This document shows, piece after piece, positions 18,934 to 28,856 of a stretch of 59,357 nucleotides of DNA (its first letter is position 1; each line of letters begins with the position of its first letter). The DNA is from a virus (Duplodnaviria; Caudoviricetes), in IMG/VR virus record IMGVR_UViG_3300032261_000006, positions 1 through 59,357 of that record; one strand, 5' to 3'. The position numbers and the translations under genes are program-made. Below the pieces are notes generated by a model, which saw nothing but the letters and a program-made list of their open reading frames with translations, was not told the origin of the DNA and did no database searches.

Positions 18934-21603
18934 TTATGCAAGCGCAAAGCTGCCGTCGCGAAGCATTTCTCGCATGATCTTGTTCAATTCATTTTTGTTT
19001 CGCCGTATGGAATCCGGCGTCTCGTTGGCTCCCGCATGATAGTGGACCGTAGTCGCTCCGCTTGTCATGTTCTGAATTTTATCAGACAGCATCGGACTGA
19101 GCACCATTTCACCGCCTTGCAACGCCGCCGTCATGTCATAGGGCACGATACCGCCATTGTGAAAGACGCCTTCCGGCGCGAATGCGATGATCGCGGAATA
19201 TGCCTCCACGGCGGCTGCCGGTGCCAGTTCCGGCCCCACAATTGGAATCGCTGCTGTAGATGCGTAGGCGTGTGCGGCACCGACTGCTGCTGTGCCAGTT
19301 ATTTCCGCAACGTTTTGCGCAGCGCTGGCTGCAGCGCTTTCCTCCGCATTGATGATGTGCAGCGCCGTCAGCAATTTGTTCAGACCCAACTCGGCCGCCT
19401 CGCGGCTTATAATTGAAACTAAATGTTGAGCCACGACTCTGGCCAACATGGAAATCCAATCCGACAGAATTTGCACGCCCATATTCTGGAACGCGCCGAC
19501 GAGCGTCGTCTGGCCTTTAATCAGCTGCGTCACTGAACTTTGAAAAGCGGTCCCGATTCCGTTGAAGAGCTGATCATAAACGGCCTTGACCGCCAATGCG
19601 TGCCGTCTGGTACTGGCCTCCATCGAAGCTTGATTGGCGTCGGTCACTCTCTGCATTTCAGCTTGTGCCCGCGCTATTTCGCGAGGGTCGCCGCCCGTGG
19701 TCGCCATGGACAAACGGCGTGCGGCTGACGCTGCAGCTAATTCGCGTTCTTTGGCTTCGATGGCGTCTAATTGTTCGAGTTGCTCCCTAGTGGAAATAAG
19801 ACCCAGGTCGCGTTGAAGGTTGATACGGTCAGTCTCCAGTTTGAGCATTCGTTCCTGATGGGCGATGTTTTGCGTTTCCTTTTCCTCATCGACCCGCCGC
19901 TGTTCGTCCGCTTCCTTCTTTTTGGCTGCCGCATATTCCTCGTTGAATTTGGTTATGATGTCTATTTCTTTTTTGTAATCGTTGAGATGCCGGATGTACC
20001 GCTCATCTTCGATCGATTTCAATTCAGCTTCCGTTTTGCGCTCCGCCGCAAGTCTGGCTTCCTGGGCTTTGTTATTGTTAGCCTGCGCCTCCGCCGCGTA
20101 TTTATCCATGATGGCCTGCCGCTCGGCCTCGGCAGCTTCCACCTTCTCCGGATGGGTTGGATCTTCCTTTGCCAGCGCTATTTTCTGGGCAATGATGCCG
20201 AGAGCGATGTCGCGTTCCTTAGCTGCGGCCTCGGTCAACAGTGCAAACTTAAGGGTCTCGCCCAATTGCAGGATTTTGGCCGACGATTCGATTTGCTCCT
20301 TTTCCATCGCCGCCATCCGGCTGGCGTGTGCCAATTGCGCCGTGATTTCGGCTTCCTGCAGAGCTTTGGTGTTCTCAAATAATCCTTCGACGCCGCCGCC
20401 CGCCCCTTTCGGCCCTTCAGCTACTGAGGCAAACATACTGCGCACTTTGGTTTCGGTGCTGCCCAAGATGTTCTGGACGTCCTGCAACGCCAAGCGCCAA
20501 TTGTTGGCCATGCGTTCGCCGCCAGCGCTTAATTCATCCACGGCTGCGCGGAAGTTGCCGCTGGACGCTTCCAACAGAGCCTTGCCGGTGCTGGCAATGG
20601 CAGTTACTATGGTGTTCAGCGAGTAATAGATGGTTTTGCCGATGATTTCAAAAGCGGCCATGACTTCATAACCGGCTGCCACTATGGTTCTGAGAGCCAG
20701 CACTACTGCTGGGAATACGTCGGCCAGGGCCTCTCGGAAAATCCGGCTTAATTCGGCCTCTTGCTGCTGCAACGCTTTGGCCGATGCCGCTGCCGCCTGT
20801 TGGGCCTCCGCCATTCCCTTTGATGCTTCCATTTGCTCGCGGATAGCTTCACTGCCCTGTGCCAGGAAGCCGACCATTTCACGCGAATTCCGGCCCAACA
20901 GCAAAGTGGAAGCGCCGAGATCTCTGGCCCGGTCGCTGCTGGTGGCCATGTGATCTGCCATCTGCAGCAAAACATTGATCGCGTCCGGCGCTTCGTTGGC
21001 CCAAGTTTTTGTCGAGACTCCCAGGTCATTGAACGCTTGAATCGCCCGTGGACTGCCTTCCGATACTGAGTAAATGGCGCGGCTGAGCCGTTGTAGAGCC
21101 ACGCCAAAATTGTCAGTGCTGACCCCGGACGTCTCCATCGCACCTTTCATTTCGGCGATTCTGGCGATGCTGAGGCCGGTGGCCTCCGACAGATGCGACA
21201 TCTGGATTTCGGCTTCCTTGAATCTGTTCAGCATTTCAAGGAAAATGCCCGCGATGAATACGTTGCCAATAATGGCACCCATCGCGGTAAATGAAGACGA
21301 TACGCCCGTGGCCGAAATTCTGGCCTTCTCGGCAAATTCCTCGACCGATTCGCCCATCGAATTCATTTGCGATCGGAACATTTCGCTGAGAGATTGCGTT
21401 TCCGCTCCCAATTGCGCCTGGGAAGCGGCCACGTCCGTATCGGTCTTCTGTAGCGAAAGCAAAGCATCGTTCAGCGTGCCAACTTGTGTGGCCAGTTGCG
21501 CTAACTGTTCACTCAGAGCAGCCGAGGAATCAATTGTTTCCGTGAACGTTGTTGCCGCGTCGTTGGTCGCGGTTATCCGAATGTCAACAGCATTATCGGC
21601 CAT
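18934..21603 (-). CDS. tape measure protein
   Basis: 889-aa Ala-rich helical protein after the tail chaperones; FHNGGIVP..A.LQGGEMVL C-terminus. Confidence 0.88.
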   Translation of the reverse strand: MADNAVDIRITATNDAATTFTETIDSSAALSEQLAQLATQVGTLNDALLSLQKTDTDVAASQAQLGAETQSLSEMFRSQMNSMGESVEEFAEKARISATGVSSSFTAMGAIIGNVFIAGIFLEMLNRFKEAEIQMSHLSEATGLSIARIAEMKGAMETSGVSTDNFGVALQRLSRAIYSVSEGSPRAIQAFNDLGVSTKTWANEAPDAINVLLQMADHMATSSDRARDLGASTLLLGRNSREMVGFLAQGSEAIREQMEASKGMAEAQQAAAASAKALQQQEAELSRIFREALADVFPAVVLALRTIVAAGYEVMAAFEIIGKTIYYSLNTIVTAIASTGKALLEASSGNFRAAVDELSAGGERMANNWRLALQDVQNILGSTETKVRSMFASVAEGPKGAGGGVEGLFENTKALQEAEITAQLAHASRMAAMEKEQIESSAKILQLGETLKFALLTEAAAKERDIALGIIAQKIALAKEDPTHPEKVEAAEAERQAIMDKYAAEAQANNNKAQEARLAAERKTEAELKSIEDERYIRHLNDYKKEIDIITKFNEEYAAAKKKEADEQRRVDEEKETQNIAHQERMLKLETDRINLQRDLGLISTREQLEQLDAIEAKERELAAASAARRLSMATTGGDPREIARAQAEMQRVTDANQASMEASTRRHALAVKAVYDQLFNGIGTAFQSSVTQLIKGQTTLVGAFQNMGVQILSDWISMLARVVAQHLVSIISREAAELGLNKLLTALHIINAEESAAASAAQNVAEITGTAAVGAAHAYASTAAIPIVGPELAPAAAVEAYSAIIAFAPEGVFHNGGIVPYDMTAALQGGEMVLSPMLSDKIQNMTSGATTVHYHAGANETPDSIRRNKNELNKIMREMLRDGSFALA

Positions 21604-21949
21604 TCTTTTGCTTCCTCATCATTTCCTGTACTTCCACCGGTATTGATTCCGTGGCCCTGGTGCCCTGAAATCCGGATGCACGCGCCTCATTCATGAAACC
21701 GTGCGGATCCGAAATCCATCGGCCTCTCTTCTTTTTGCTGAGGCCGAGTTGCGCCGCTTTCAAATCGTGAAGAGGTGGGTGCTCGGTCCAATATTGCAGC
21801 AGGACCAGCACCCGCTCCAGCGTCATTTCTTCATCGATGTATTCCCACGGCCAACCCGTGACTGTGATAATTCGCCCGTAAATGTAAGGCCAGTCGATGT
21901 CTGCCCAATGCTTTAAGTCTGGGTCACGCTTACGGGCGTCATTTCCCCC
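21593..21949 (-). CDS. tail assembly chaperone, frameshifted (GT) extension
   Basis: -1 frame relative to 21913..22290; GWPWEYID..MTL..YW.EHPP. Confidence 0.7.
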   Translation of the reverse strand, partial: GGNDARKRDPDLKHWADIDWPYIYGRIITVTGWPWEYIDEEMTLERVLVLLQYWTEHPPLHDLKAAQLGLSKKKRGRWISDPHGFMNEARASGFQGTRATESIPVEVQEMMRKQKNGR

Positions 21950-22290
21950 GAGTCGCGCACCCAGGGCTGGCCGCTGTTGTTGATGCCGATGGCCGCCTGC
22001 CAAGCTTGACCTAGCGTGCGCCCGTCAAACACTTCCTCCACTTTCTGGACAGTGATATCCGGATAATTGCGGGTCAAAGCTGCGTGAACGATGATGACTT
22101 GAACATCACGTCGTCGGCCCACCGCTTCCATGGTAGCGCCAATGTCGCCATTGGTGGCCTCCGGGATTTTGATGTCGTCGTGCTGCTTCAGCGTTGCCGC
22201 CAAATCGCGTAGCTGTGCGCAATTTAGAGGCGGCACGATAAGTATGTCGTCGCCATCTTCAAATGGCACACCTCGATACTTGACCTTCAT
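21913..22290 (-). CDS. tail assembly chaperone (G)
   Basis: Lies between tail tube and tape measure; IVPPLN, AALTRNYPDIT. Confidence 0.75.
   Translation of the reverse strand: MKVKYRGVPFEDGDDILIVPPLNCAQLRDLAATLKQHDDIKIPEATNGDIGATMEAVGRRRDVQVIIVHAALTRNYPDITVQKVEEVFDGRTLGQAWQAAIGINNSGQPWVRDSGEMTPVSVTQT
21943..21949 (-). promoter_or_regulatory. programmed -1 frameshift site GGGGGAA
   Basis: TCG GGG GAA ATG near the chaperone 3' end; a -1 shift enters the downstream ORF. Confidence 0.65.
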
Positions 22291-22354
22291 GGTGCTGGTC
22301 TCCTTAAGATTGTTGGGGATTTGTTAGAGGGCCGTCCGACGGCCCCCAGATTTA

Positions 22355-23107
22355 CTACTGATCCATGTACTCGTAGAAGATGTTGCCAGCGTTGTCGCTG
22401 AACGCCGAGAAGTCGAACTCAGGAATCGCGAAATCCTCGTTCTTGAAATTGAATGACAACTTGGAGCTGATGCAATTCGGGAATTGGAACGCAATGTTGT
22501 TGCCGAATTGATTGTTGTACAGCCAAGTCTCGAAGGTCGGCATCGAGCCCATGGGTTTGTTCGTTACTTGGACGTTGGTGCCGGTGGTGGCGCTGCTCGC
22601 CGTGTAATTGTACGTGATGAACACTGGCGTGGTCTGCCCCGCGTTGAACGTGTAGACGCCCGTTGATTCAACGACCGAGTATTGCATAGCGGCTGGCGCT
22701 GTTGATACCTTGGTCATGACGATGCCAGTATTCACGTCGCGGACACCCTGATCTTCTTTGAAAGTGCCTGATGGAACCGTGACCGTGACGGTTCCGCCTG
22801 TGACCGTGTGCAATTCATCGATCACGCCGATGACTTGGTTGCCGGTATTGACGCTGGCACCAAAGAATAGATCGTTAAACACCTTCGCGTAGAACGTCGC
22901 GAATTTGGCTTTGAAGTTGATCTTGCCTTGAGTACGAGCGATGGCGACGGGAAACTGCAGCTTACCGAATAGTTCCTTCTGTGAAGCCGCGATGTCCACC
23001 GTAATTTCTTGCATCGTGCCCAATTGCATTGGCGTAGGATTGGCAGCGGCGTTTGGGCCAAAGGGCTTGCAAACCGCCGTACCAACGCCGAATACGTAGA
23101 AACCCAT
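22355..23107 (-). CDS. major tail tube protein
   Basis: Position; KELFGKLQFPVAIAR, DFAIPEFDFSAFSD; strong RBS. Confidence 0.8.
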   Translation of the reverse strand: MGFYVFGVGTAVCKPFGPNAAANPTPMQLGTMQEITVDIAASQKELFGKLQFPVAIARTQGKINFKAKFATFYAKVFNDLFFGASVNTGNQVIGVIDELHTVTGGTVTVTVPSGTFKEDQGVRDVNTGIVMTKVSTAPAAMQYSVVESTGVYTFNAGQTTPVFITYNYTASSATTGTNVQVTNKPMGSMPTFETWLYNNQFGNNIAFQFPNCISSKLSFNFKNEDFAIPEFDFSAFSDNAGNIFYEYMDQ

Positions 23108-23119
23108 GGGAATTCTCCT

Positions 23120-23569
23120 TTACAAAGCTAATATGCGAATCGGTACGATGGCGACGCCTTGATTGCCTAAGACGCCTTCATCGGTTCTAATCTCACCTAT
23201 GATCTTGGCCTCCACGACGAGACCGCCCAAAGTCTGCTTCATGTGCGGCTGATCCGGCCTGATCGGCGGAGCCGGAAAATTGCGGTCAACGTAATCGAGG
23301 ATCGGATTCATGAGACTGGACATAACTGCCAACTGATCGTCACCGGCGTAAATGTAGAAGATCCAATCGACGATCAACGTCCAAATGTGCGGCATGCCGA
23401 CGTAAGTAGAACGGACCTCCTCTTTGATCTGCTGCTGAAAGAACGCTGGCTGCTCGGAGGCCGGAACTTGCGACCAGACCCGCGCTCTGCGGCTAGTAGT
23501 GACAAGGCCCGGTGCCTTGGCCCCAATTTGGAACAGCGCATCGTAGATCTTCTCTCTGTCCGATATCAT
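23120..23569 (-). CDS. tail terminator / completion protein
   Basis: Position before the tube gene; QTLGGLV, DEGVLG.Q.VAIVPI. Confidence 0.65.
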   Translation of the reverse strand: MISDREKIYDALFQIGAKAPGLVTTSRRARVWSQVPASEQPAFFQQQIKEEVRSTYVGMPHIWTLIVDWIFYIYAGDDQLAVMSSLMNPILDYVDRNFPAPPIRPDQPHMKQTLGGLVVEAKIIGEIRTDEGVLGNQGVAIVPIRILAL

Positions 23570-24021
23570 TCAATTGCCCCGACCGCCGCTTCTGCCAATT
23601 GCCGCTTGATGTCTTCCAGCCGATCCGCCAGCGCCGACCGTAGATAGCTGCGCACCGGAAACGTGATTGAATGTGCAGCGACCAAGTGCCGGTCGCCTTT
23701 CACGCTGCGGGCCAGATGCTCCCGGACCGTAAATGTGCCTCCGTATTCATGGATCTTGCCGTACCAAGCTTCCTGACCCGTGCCGACGATGGCCGTCCAA
23801 CTGTTCACGCTGTTTTCTTCCACCACCTGCGTGGTGCTGCGCTGTAAATGTCCGGTCCGGTGATGCAGCACTTGTCCCTGCAGCTTCTCCATGACGATAT
23901 AGCGCTGCATTTCTATGGCGATGCGCAACATCGCTTGATGCACGGATTCGTTGAGCCCTTCCGATTGGGCTACGAGTGAACTGTTTAGCTCGCTGAGCCC
24001 TGAAACGTCAATGTTGATCAT
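23566..24021 (-). CDS. HK97 gp10-like neck/tail component
   Basis: RTGHLQRS, YGKIHEYGG, PVRSYLRSAL. Confidence 0.75.
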   Translation of the reverse strand: MINIDVSGLSELNSSLVAQSEGLNESVHQAMLRIAIEMQRYIVMEKLQGQVLHHRTGHLQRSTTQVVEENSVNSWTAIVGTGQEAWYGKIHEYGGTFTVREHLARSVKGDRHLVAAHSITFPVRSYLRSALADRLEDIKRQLAEAAVGAIE

Positions 24022-24911
24022 GGCGCTATCATGGACCTCTGTCTGTAGCGGTTGATGACCAGCATCACTTCATCTGGCATTTCCTTTTCGGAATAGCTGA
24101 TCACTTCGCCGCCGATTGATTGCGACCTCTGGTCTGAATGCTTCGACCTGTTGAACTTCTGCGTTACCAATTCCAAGGCCGCCTGCTTCAGATCCAGCGG
24201 CACCACTTGGAACCCGCCGTTGTAGGAGATAGTGATGTTCTGGTAGCCGCGATTGAAAGCGAAACCACCGCTGAGGTACGGGTAAATCGCTATCGGCAGC
24301 AGGTGCCGGTCCACCATGTAGACTGTTGTGCTGTCGTTTGTCCACCCGGCTGTCACCCCGTCCGACTGTGGCACCGACACTCTGTCGACTACCACTGAAG
24401 CGATGGAATTGATAGGAGTATTCCGCAATACCATCCGGTCTCCGCCGTTGCCGTTGCGGGTTTCTGTGTAACTCGCAGCTTCCAAATTGCGCTCAATCTT
24501 CTGGCGAATCAATGTGGAGGCCGACGTAATGAGCCGCGACAATTTGCGGTCCTGCGTGTCCACTGAGAGATCTAACCAGTCTTTGATTTCCTGTAGCGAG
24601 CACAGATCCAGCGGACTGCCGTACACGACCAGCGGCGACGGATTCACCGTGAAATTGCCGGTGCTAGTCACTGTCACCGTGCCAGTTCCGAGCCATTCGT
24701 AGGTGTGAATTCCGGCGACGGTCGTCACGAAATCGAAATGGAAATTGCCAAGGCTGTCGCGAACGATATTGCCGACTGGCCACGTTTGCGCTGGTTGCGT
24801 GCCGTCAGGTACTTGGACGGTGAGCGTGACGTTGGTCGGATCGACCGGATTGTTGTTGAGATCGGTAAACGCCACGCTTATTCTGGATGTGTCGCCAATG
24901 TTATAGCTCAT
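24018..24911 (-). CDS. head-tail adaptor with N-terminal Ig-like domain
   Basis: LCSLQEIKDWL...D.KLSRLITSAS, YNGGF..VPLDLKQA, INRYR. Confidence 0.75.
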   Translation of the reverse strand: MSYNIGDTSRISVAFTDLNNNPVDPTNVTLTVQVPDGTQPAQTWPVGNIVRDSLGNFHFDFVTTVAGIHTYEWLGTGTVTVTSTGNFTVNPSPLVVYGSPLDLCSLQEIKDWLDLSVDTQDRKLSRLITSASTLIRQKIERNLEAASYTETRNGNGGDRMVLRNTPINSIASVVVDRVSVPQSDGVTAGWTNDSTTVYMVDRHLLPIAIYPYLSGGFAFNRGYQNITISYNGGFQVVPLDLKQAALELVTQKFNRSKHSDQRSQSIGGEVISYSEKEMPDEVMLVINRYRQRSMIAP

Positions 24912-27900
24912 ATGTTCTTAGAAGTTGCTTTCCAGAAATTTGATGTACCGCTAGCAACGTCTGGTCTGGTGGTTTTGCTGGTGATGGGATGGCCGGTCGC
25001 TTTGCTGGTGGCGAGCCCAGGTGCTCCCAAGCGATACAGAATGAATGTCCATATCCCCCTAAACAGAGCCATCGACGCCGCTATCGCATGGGCAATGGCT
25101 TTACCAACAGTTGCGCCGAAAGTTGCCATCGATGCGACCAGCGTTTTCAATGTGGATCTTCCTAGGGCCGCCGACATCGTTGCCATGGAAGCTATGAACA
25201 CGACTGCTTTACCTGTACCGTGCGCCAGAGCCCCACTCATCGTGGCCATCGATGCCGATAGTGATTTGCTGATCGATTTAGTTATTGCAGCCGACATCGT
25301 GGCCAGCGATGCCACCAGCACCTTACCTGCGGATTTGATTTGCGTGACCGCCATCGTTGCCATCGACGCCACCAATGATTTCTGCGTCTGTTTGATCAGG
25401 GCCGCTGACATCGTGGCCATCGAAGCAGCGAACGTCGCAACTCTGGATCTGCCGCCAGCCAATGCGCCTGCAAACGTGGCCATCGTCGCAGTCAACACTT
25501 TACCGACGGTTTTTGTGATGGTGGCATTCATCGTCGCCATTGTTGCTGGAATGCCGTGCAGTGTGCGTTTGGTGATGGAGCCGCTGAATGTGGCCATTGA
25601 CGCGGCAAGCGCCATCAATTTAGACTTGATCGTCGTTAATGTTCCGGCGAAAGTGGCCATTGACGCTGCAAGAGTTTTGGACGTGAATTTGGTGACGGCA
25701 CCGGCAAACGTCGCCATCGATGCAATTAGTGGCGCTCCAATGAATCTACCCATTGCACCGGCAAATGCAGCCATAGAAGCCGCGAGCCCGTGGGCCGTTC
25801 TCTTTGAAATAGCGCCTGACATTGTGGCCATGGACGCGGCCAACGACAGCATTTTAGTCCTGATGGTGGCCAGCGCGCCGTTGAATGTTGCCATAGACGC
25901 GGCCAGGGACTTCGACAGGAACTTAACGAGAGTTCCGGAGAACGCGGCTATAGACGCCGCTAATGATTTGCCGGTCATCTTCGCCAGAGTCCCGCCCATC
26001 GTGGCCATCGACGCTGCAAAGGTTTGGATTTTGGATTTAGCTGCTGCCAGCACGCCCGCGAATGTAGCCATAGACGCGGCCAGCAGCTTCGATACCCGTT
26101 TAGTTAAAGTTGCAGCCATCGTTGCCATGGACGCAACAAGAGCCTTCAGCCCTGATTTGGCCATTGTTCCAGTGAATGTGGCCATGGACGCAGCTAGCAG
26201 CTTCAATACACTTTTAGTGATAGTGGCATTCATCACCGCCATGGATGCCGCCATCAAACGCGGTGCCAGTCTTGCGATGGTAGCATTCATGGTGGCCATA
26301 GAAGCGGCCAACAATTTTGATATTGATTTAGACAGCACGCCGCCCATGGTGGCCATGGAAGCCGCGAGCGGTCGCAATAATTGCTTTGTTATTACACCGG
26401 CAAAAGTGGAAGTGGTTGCAGGCAGCGCCCTGCCGATTTGCTTAGCTAAAGCCCCGCCCATGGTGGCCATGGAAGCGACGAAAGCTTGAGCTTTGAGTTT
26501 GACCGCCGCCATGGCACCAGCGAACATGCTGCCCCCGGTAGTTGCCGGTGCCAATGCCAAAGTGGCTGCTTGTACGTTGACATTGCCGGAAGAATTGGTC
26601 TGCTTCCATGTGAGCGTGAGAGTTTGACTAGCCGACGCAGCTTTGTAGTAGATCGTGTACACTCCATTCAGAGCTACAGCGACGCCACTATTCATCGTGG
26701 AATCAACGTAATCTGATGAACTACTATCGCTCAAATGTGCAGTTAGTTGTGGAGTTGCATCCGAGAACAATCCGCAATACAGCCTCAACATTCGCAAGGT
26801 CGTATCGGCAGGCACCGTAAATGAATAGGTGCCATTTAGTACGTTGATATAGATTCCAATGCCGCTGCCTGCGGTTCCGGTGTAACTAGCGGTCGGCGTC
26901 CCATCCGACCAAGAAAACGCGGTCGGATTGTTGGTAAAAAGCGATGGTGTGGCACCAGTAGCAGTAACATTGCTGATTTGGGTGCCGCCTGTAGACTTAT
27001 GGATAAAATCGGTGTTGGCGACTTGGCCCCATTTTGCCCAATCTGTTACGCCCTCTGCCGTGAGATCGACAACTGAGGCAGCTGCTGCTGCAAGGCCTAA
27101 TTGCGCCATGTTGCCATACAAACCCACCGCAGGCGGAAACGTAGTCGTAGCCGCTCGCACTTCGATGCCGACGCAGACGAACGAAGTAACGGTGGTCCCG
27201 GTAACTGATGTTGCTGTCGAGCCTGACGATGCACTTTGATATTGCATCGTCATGTTGTTGGCGTAGCTAGCTCCGTTTACATCTAAAACTGCACTTAACG
27301 TGCCGGTTTGCGTTGAATGGGCTGGGTCGCCATAAGCTGCTGCCATGACGATTATGTTTCCAGTGAGAGACCCGACCGTCAAAGGAAACGTGGTAGAAGT
27401 ACTTAAATACCCATTAATAGTTGCACCACCATTGTCAGGTGGAGTGGCATTCCCTGTGAAGGAAATTGCAGCAGCTATGGAAACCTGCGTGCCCGACGAC
27501 CACGTGACCACAAAGTTGTTGGCACCTGTGGCTGGCAATGTGAGACGGAACAGAAATATAGAGCCGGTATGACCCGTGTAGGAGTTGCCCAACAATGTCA
27601 TCGAGGTGCCAGCATAAGTGACGGTCGGAATAACTCCGGAACCATCAAGCGTGACAACCAGATAAAGTACTGTACCGGCAGTGTTTGTAAAACTCCAAGT
27701 CCACGGGCTGGTAGACGATGTTACCCCAACGCCAGACGGCATCTGGCTGTCGACGACTAATGACGCGCCGCCAACCGATGCTGTGAATGCTACTGGTGAA
27801 CGTATTTCAATGACGGCGGATTGCCAGCCGATTGCTGTATTGCCGGTGACGTTGGTCGCTGTCCAGTTTGTGGTTCTAACCGCCTCGGTATCGGATGCCA

Positions 27901-28363
27901 CCAGCGTCGCGACGCTAGTTTCCAGCGTCATACCAGTAGGAGCGGTCGCCGCAGCGCTGGTTTTGTTTCCACCGAATCCGACCAACCAGGACCGGCTGCC
28001 GAGATCTTTTAGCGTCAGCGCCGCATAAGTAAGCGTAGCAGTGGCACCCGTGCTGGTGGAACTGGCCCCAACAGCAGCCGACCCGACAGAGCCTGCTCCA
28101 CGGAAAACGATGCATGCGACTGCTGTGGCGTTGGTCCAAGTTCCGACGTTTGTTTCTGTGCCGTTGGAAATTTTGTACCCGGTGATCATGGCACAGACGT
28201 TGGCCGAATTTGTGGTGATTTGAGTGTATCCCGCTGGCAGGGTTGGTGCCGTTGCAGCGCTGGCGTTGAAAGCGGCCACGACAATCAAATCACCGCTGGT
28301 TGGCGCGGTGATGGTTGCGGTGTTGGCTGTTGCCGACACTTGCTGTGTGCGGGAAATGGCCAT
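24908..28363 (-). CDS. large virion fibre/decoration protein with about 26 ASMAT repeats
   Basis: Beta-rich N-terminal domains, then ~19-21-aa periodic repeats. Confidence 0.7.
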   Translation of the reverse strand: MAISRTQQVSATANTATITAPTSGDLIVVAAFNASAATAPTLPAGYTQITTNSANVCAMITGYKISNGTETNVGTWTNATAVACIVFRGAGSVGSAAVGASSTSTGATATLTYAALTLKDLGSRSWLVGFGGNKTSAAATAPTGMTLETSVATLVASDTEAVRTTNWTATNVTGNTAIGWQSAVIEIRSPVAFTASVGGASLVVDSQMPSGVGVTSSTSPWTWSFTNTAGTVLYLVVTLDGSGVIPTVTYAGTSMTLLGNSYTGHTGSIFLFRLTLPATGANNFVVTWSSGTQVSIAAAISFTGNATPPDNGGATINGYLSTSTTFPLTVGSLTGNIIVMAAAYGDPAHSTQTGTLSAVLDVNGASYANNMTMQYQSASSGSTATSVTGTTVTSFVCVGIEVRAATTTFPPAVGLYGNMAQLGLAAAAASVVDLTAEGVTDWAKWGQVANTDFIHKSTGGTQISNVTATGATPSLFTNNPTAFSWSDGTPTASYTGTAGSGIGIYINVLNGTYSFTVPADTTLRMLRLYCGLFSDATPQLTAHLSDSSSSDYVDSTMNSGVAVALNGVYTIYYKAASASQTLTLTWKQTNSSGNVNVQAATLALAPATTGGSMFAGAMAAVKLKAQAFVASMATMGGALAKQIGRALPATTSTFAGVITKQLLRPLAASMATMGGVLSKSISKLLAASMATMNATIARLAPRLMAASMAVMNATITKSVLKLLAASMATFTGTMAKSGLKALVASMATMAATLTKRVSKLLAASMATFAGVLAAAKSKIQTFAASMATMGGTLAKMTGKSLAASIAAFSGTLVKFLSKSLAASMATFNGALATIRTKMLSLAASMATMSGAISKRTAHGLAASMAAFAGAMGRFIGAPLIASMATFAGAVTKFTSKTLAASMATFAGTLTTIKSKLMALAASMATFSGSITKRTLHGIPATMATMNATITKTVGKVLTATMATFAGALAGGRSRVATFAASMATMSAALIKQTQKSLVASMATMAVTQIKSAGKVLVASLATMSAAITKSISKSLSASMATMSGALAHGTGKAVVFIASMATMSAALGRSTLKTLVASMATFGATVGKAIAHAIAASMALFRGIWTFILYRLGAPGLATSKATGHPITSKTTRPDVASGTSNFWKATSKNI

Positions 28364-28852
28364 TTAAGTCCAGCGTTCGTTCAGATTCACCACGCCAGGG
28401 CTGTGCACATGCGGCTTTATGCCTAATTGCTCCATTCGGTGCGCAATCAGGCGATCTAAACCGCAATAGAACTCAGTGTGCTGACAACACGTCGGAAAGG
28501 GCCTCTGGAGAAATCCTGGGTACTGCTGTATGAATTCGGCGCTGAATTTGGTGCAGCCGAGCCCATCTATGATCCAACCGACCGAGCAATAATAGGGCAA
28601 TGTGCACCACTGTTCCGGGCATAGTTCCAGTGTCGAAATGCCACCGGGCCAGACTACAATGTCGTGTTCAACGATGATAAAGCTTTGACCCTCATTCCAG
28701 AGCCGCGACAGCAAATTATAATAAGAATTGTCGTGCTCCATGTGCTTAAATTCGGCCTCCTGGCCGTCTTGCGCCAGAGATAGGCGGACGGCCTGGAGGC
28801 TCCATGGTTGCGATTTCTCTGATTTGAGAGCGAATGGTACGACGACGCGCAT
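28364..28852 (-). CDS. GT-A fold glycosyltransferase-like protein
   Basis: RVVVPF start, FIIVEHDIV (DxD-like), GLGCTKFS, G..PHVH. Confidence 0.6.
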   Translation of the reverse strand: MRVVVPFALKSEKSQPWSLQAVRLSLAQDGQEAEFKHMEHDNSYYNLLSRLWNEGQSFIIVEHDIVVWPGGISTLELCPEQWCTLPYYCSVGWIIDGLGCTKFSAEFIQQYPGFLQRPFPTCCQHTEFYCGLDRLIAHRMEQLGIKPHVHSPGVVNLNERWT

Positions 28853-28856
28853 TTTT

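Noticed and set aside
24705-26489. 594-aa plus-strand ORF with VAIDAA repeats
   Set aside because: Antisense shadow of the ASMAT repeat region; no RBS or promoter and opposite to the operon direction.
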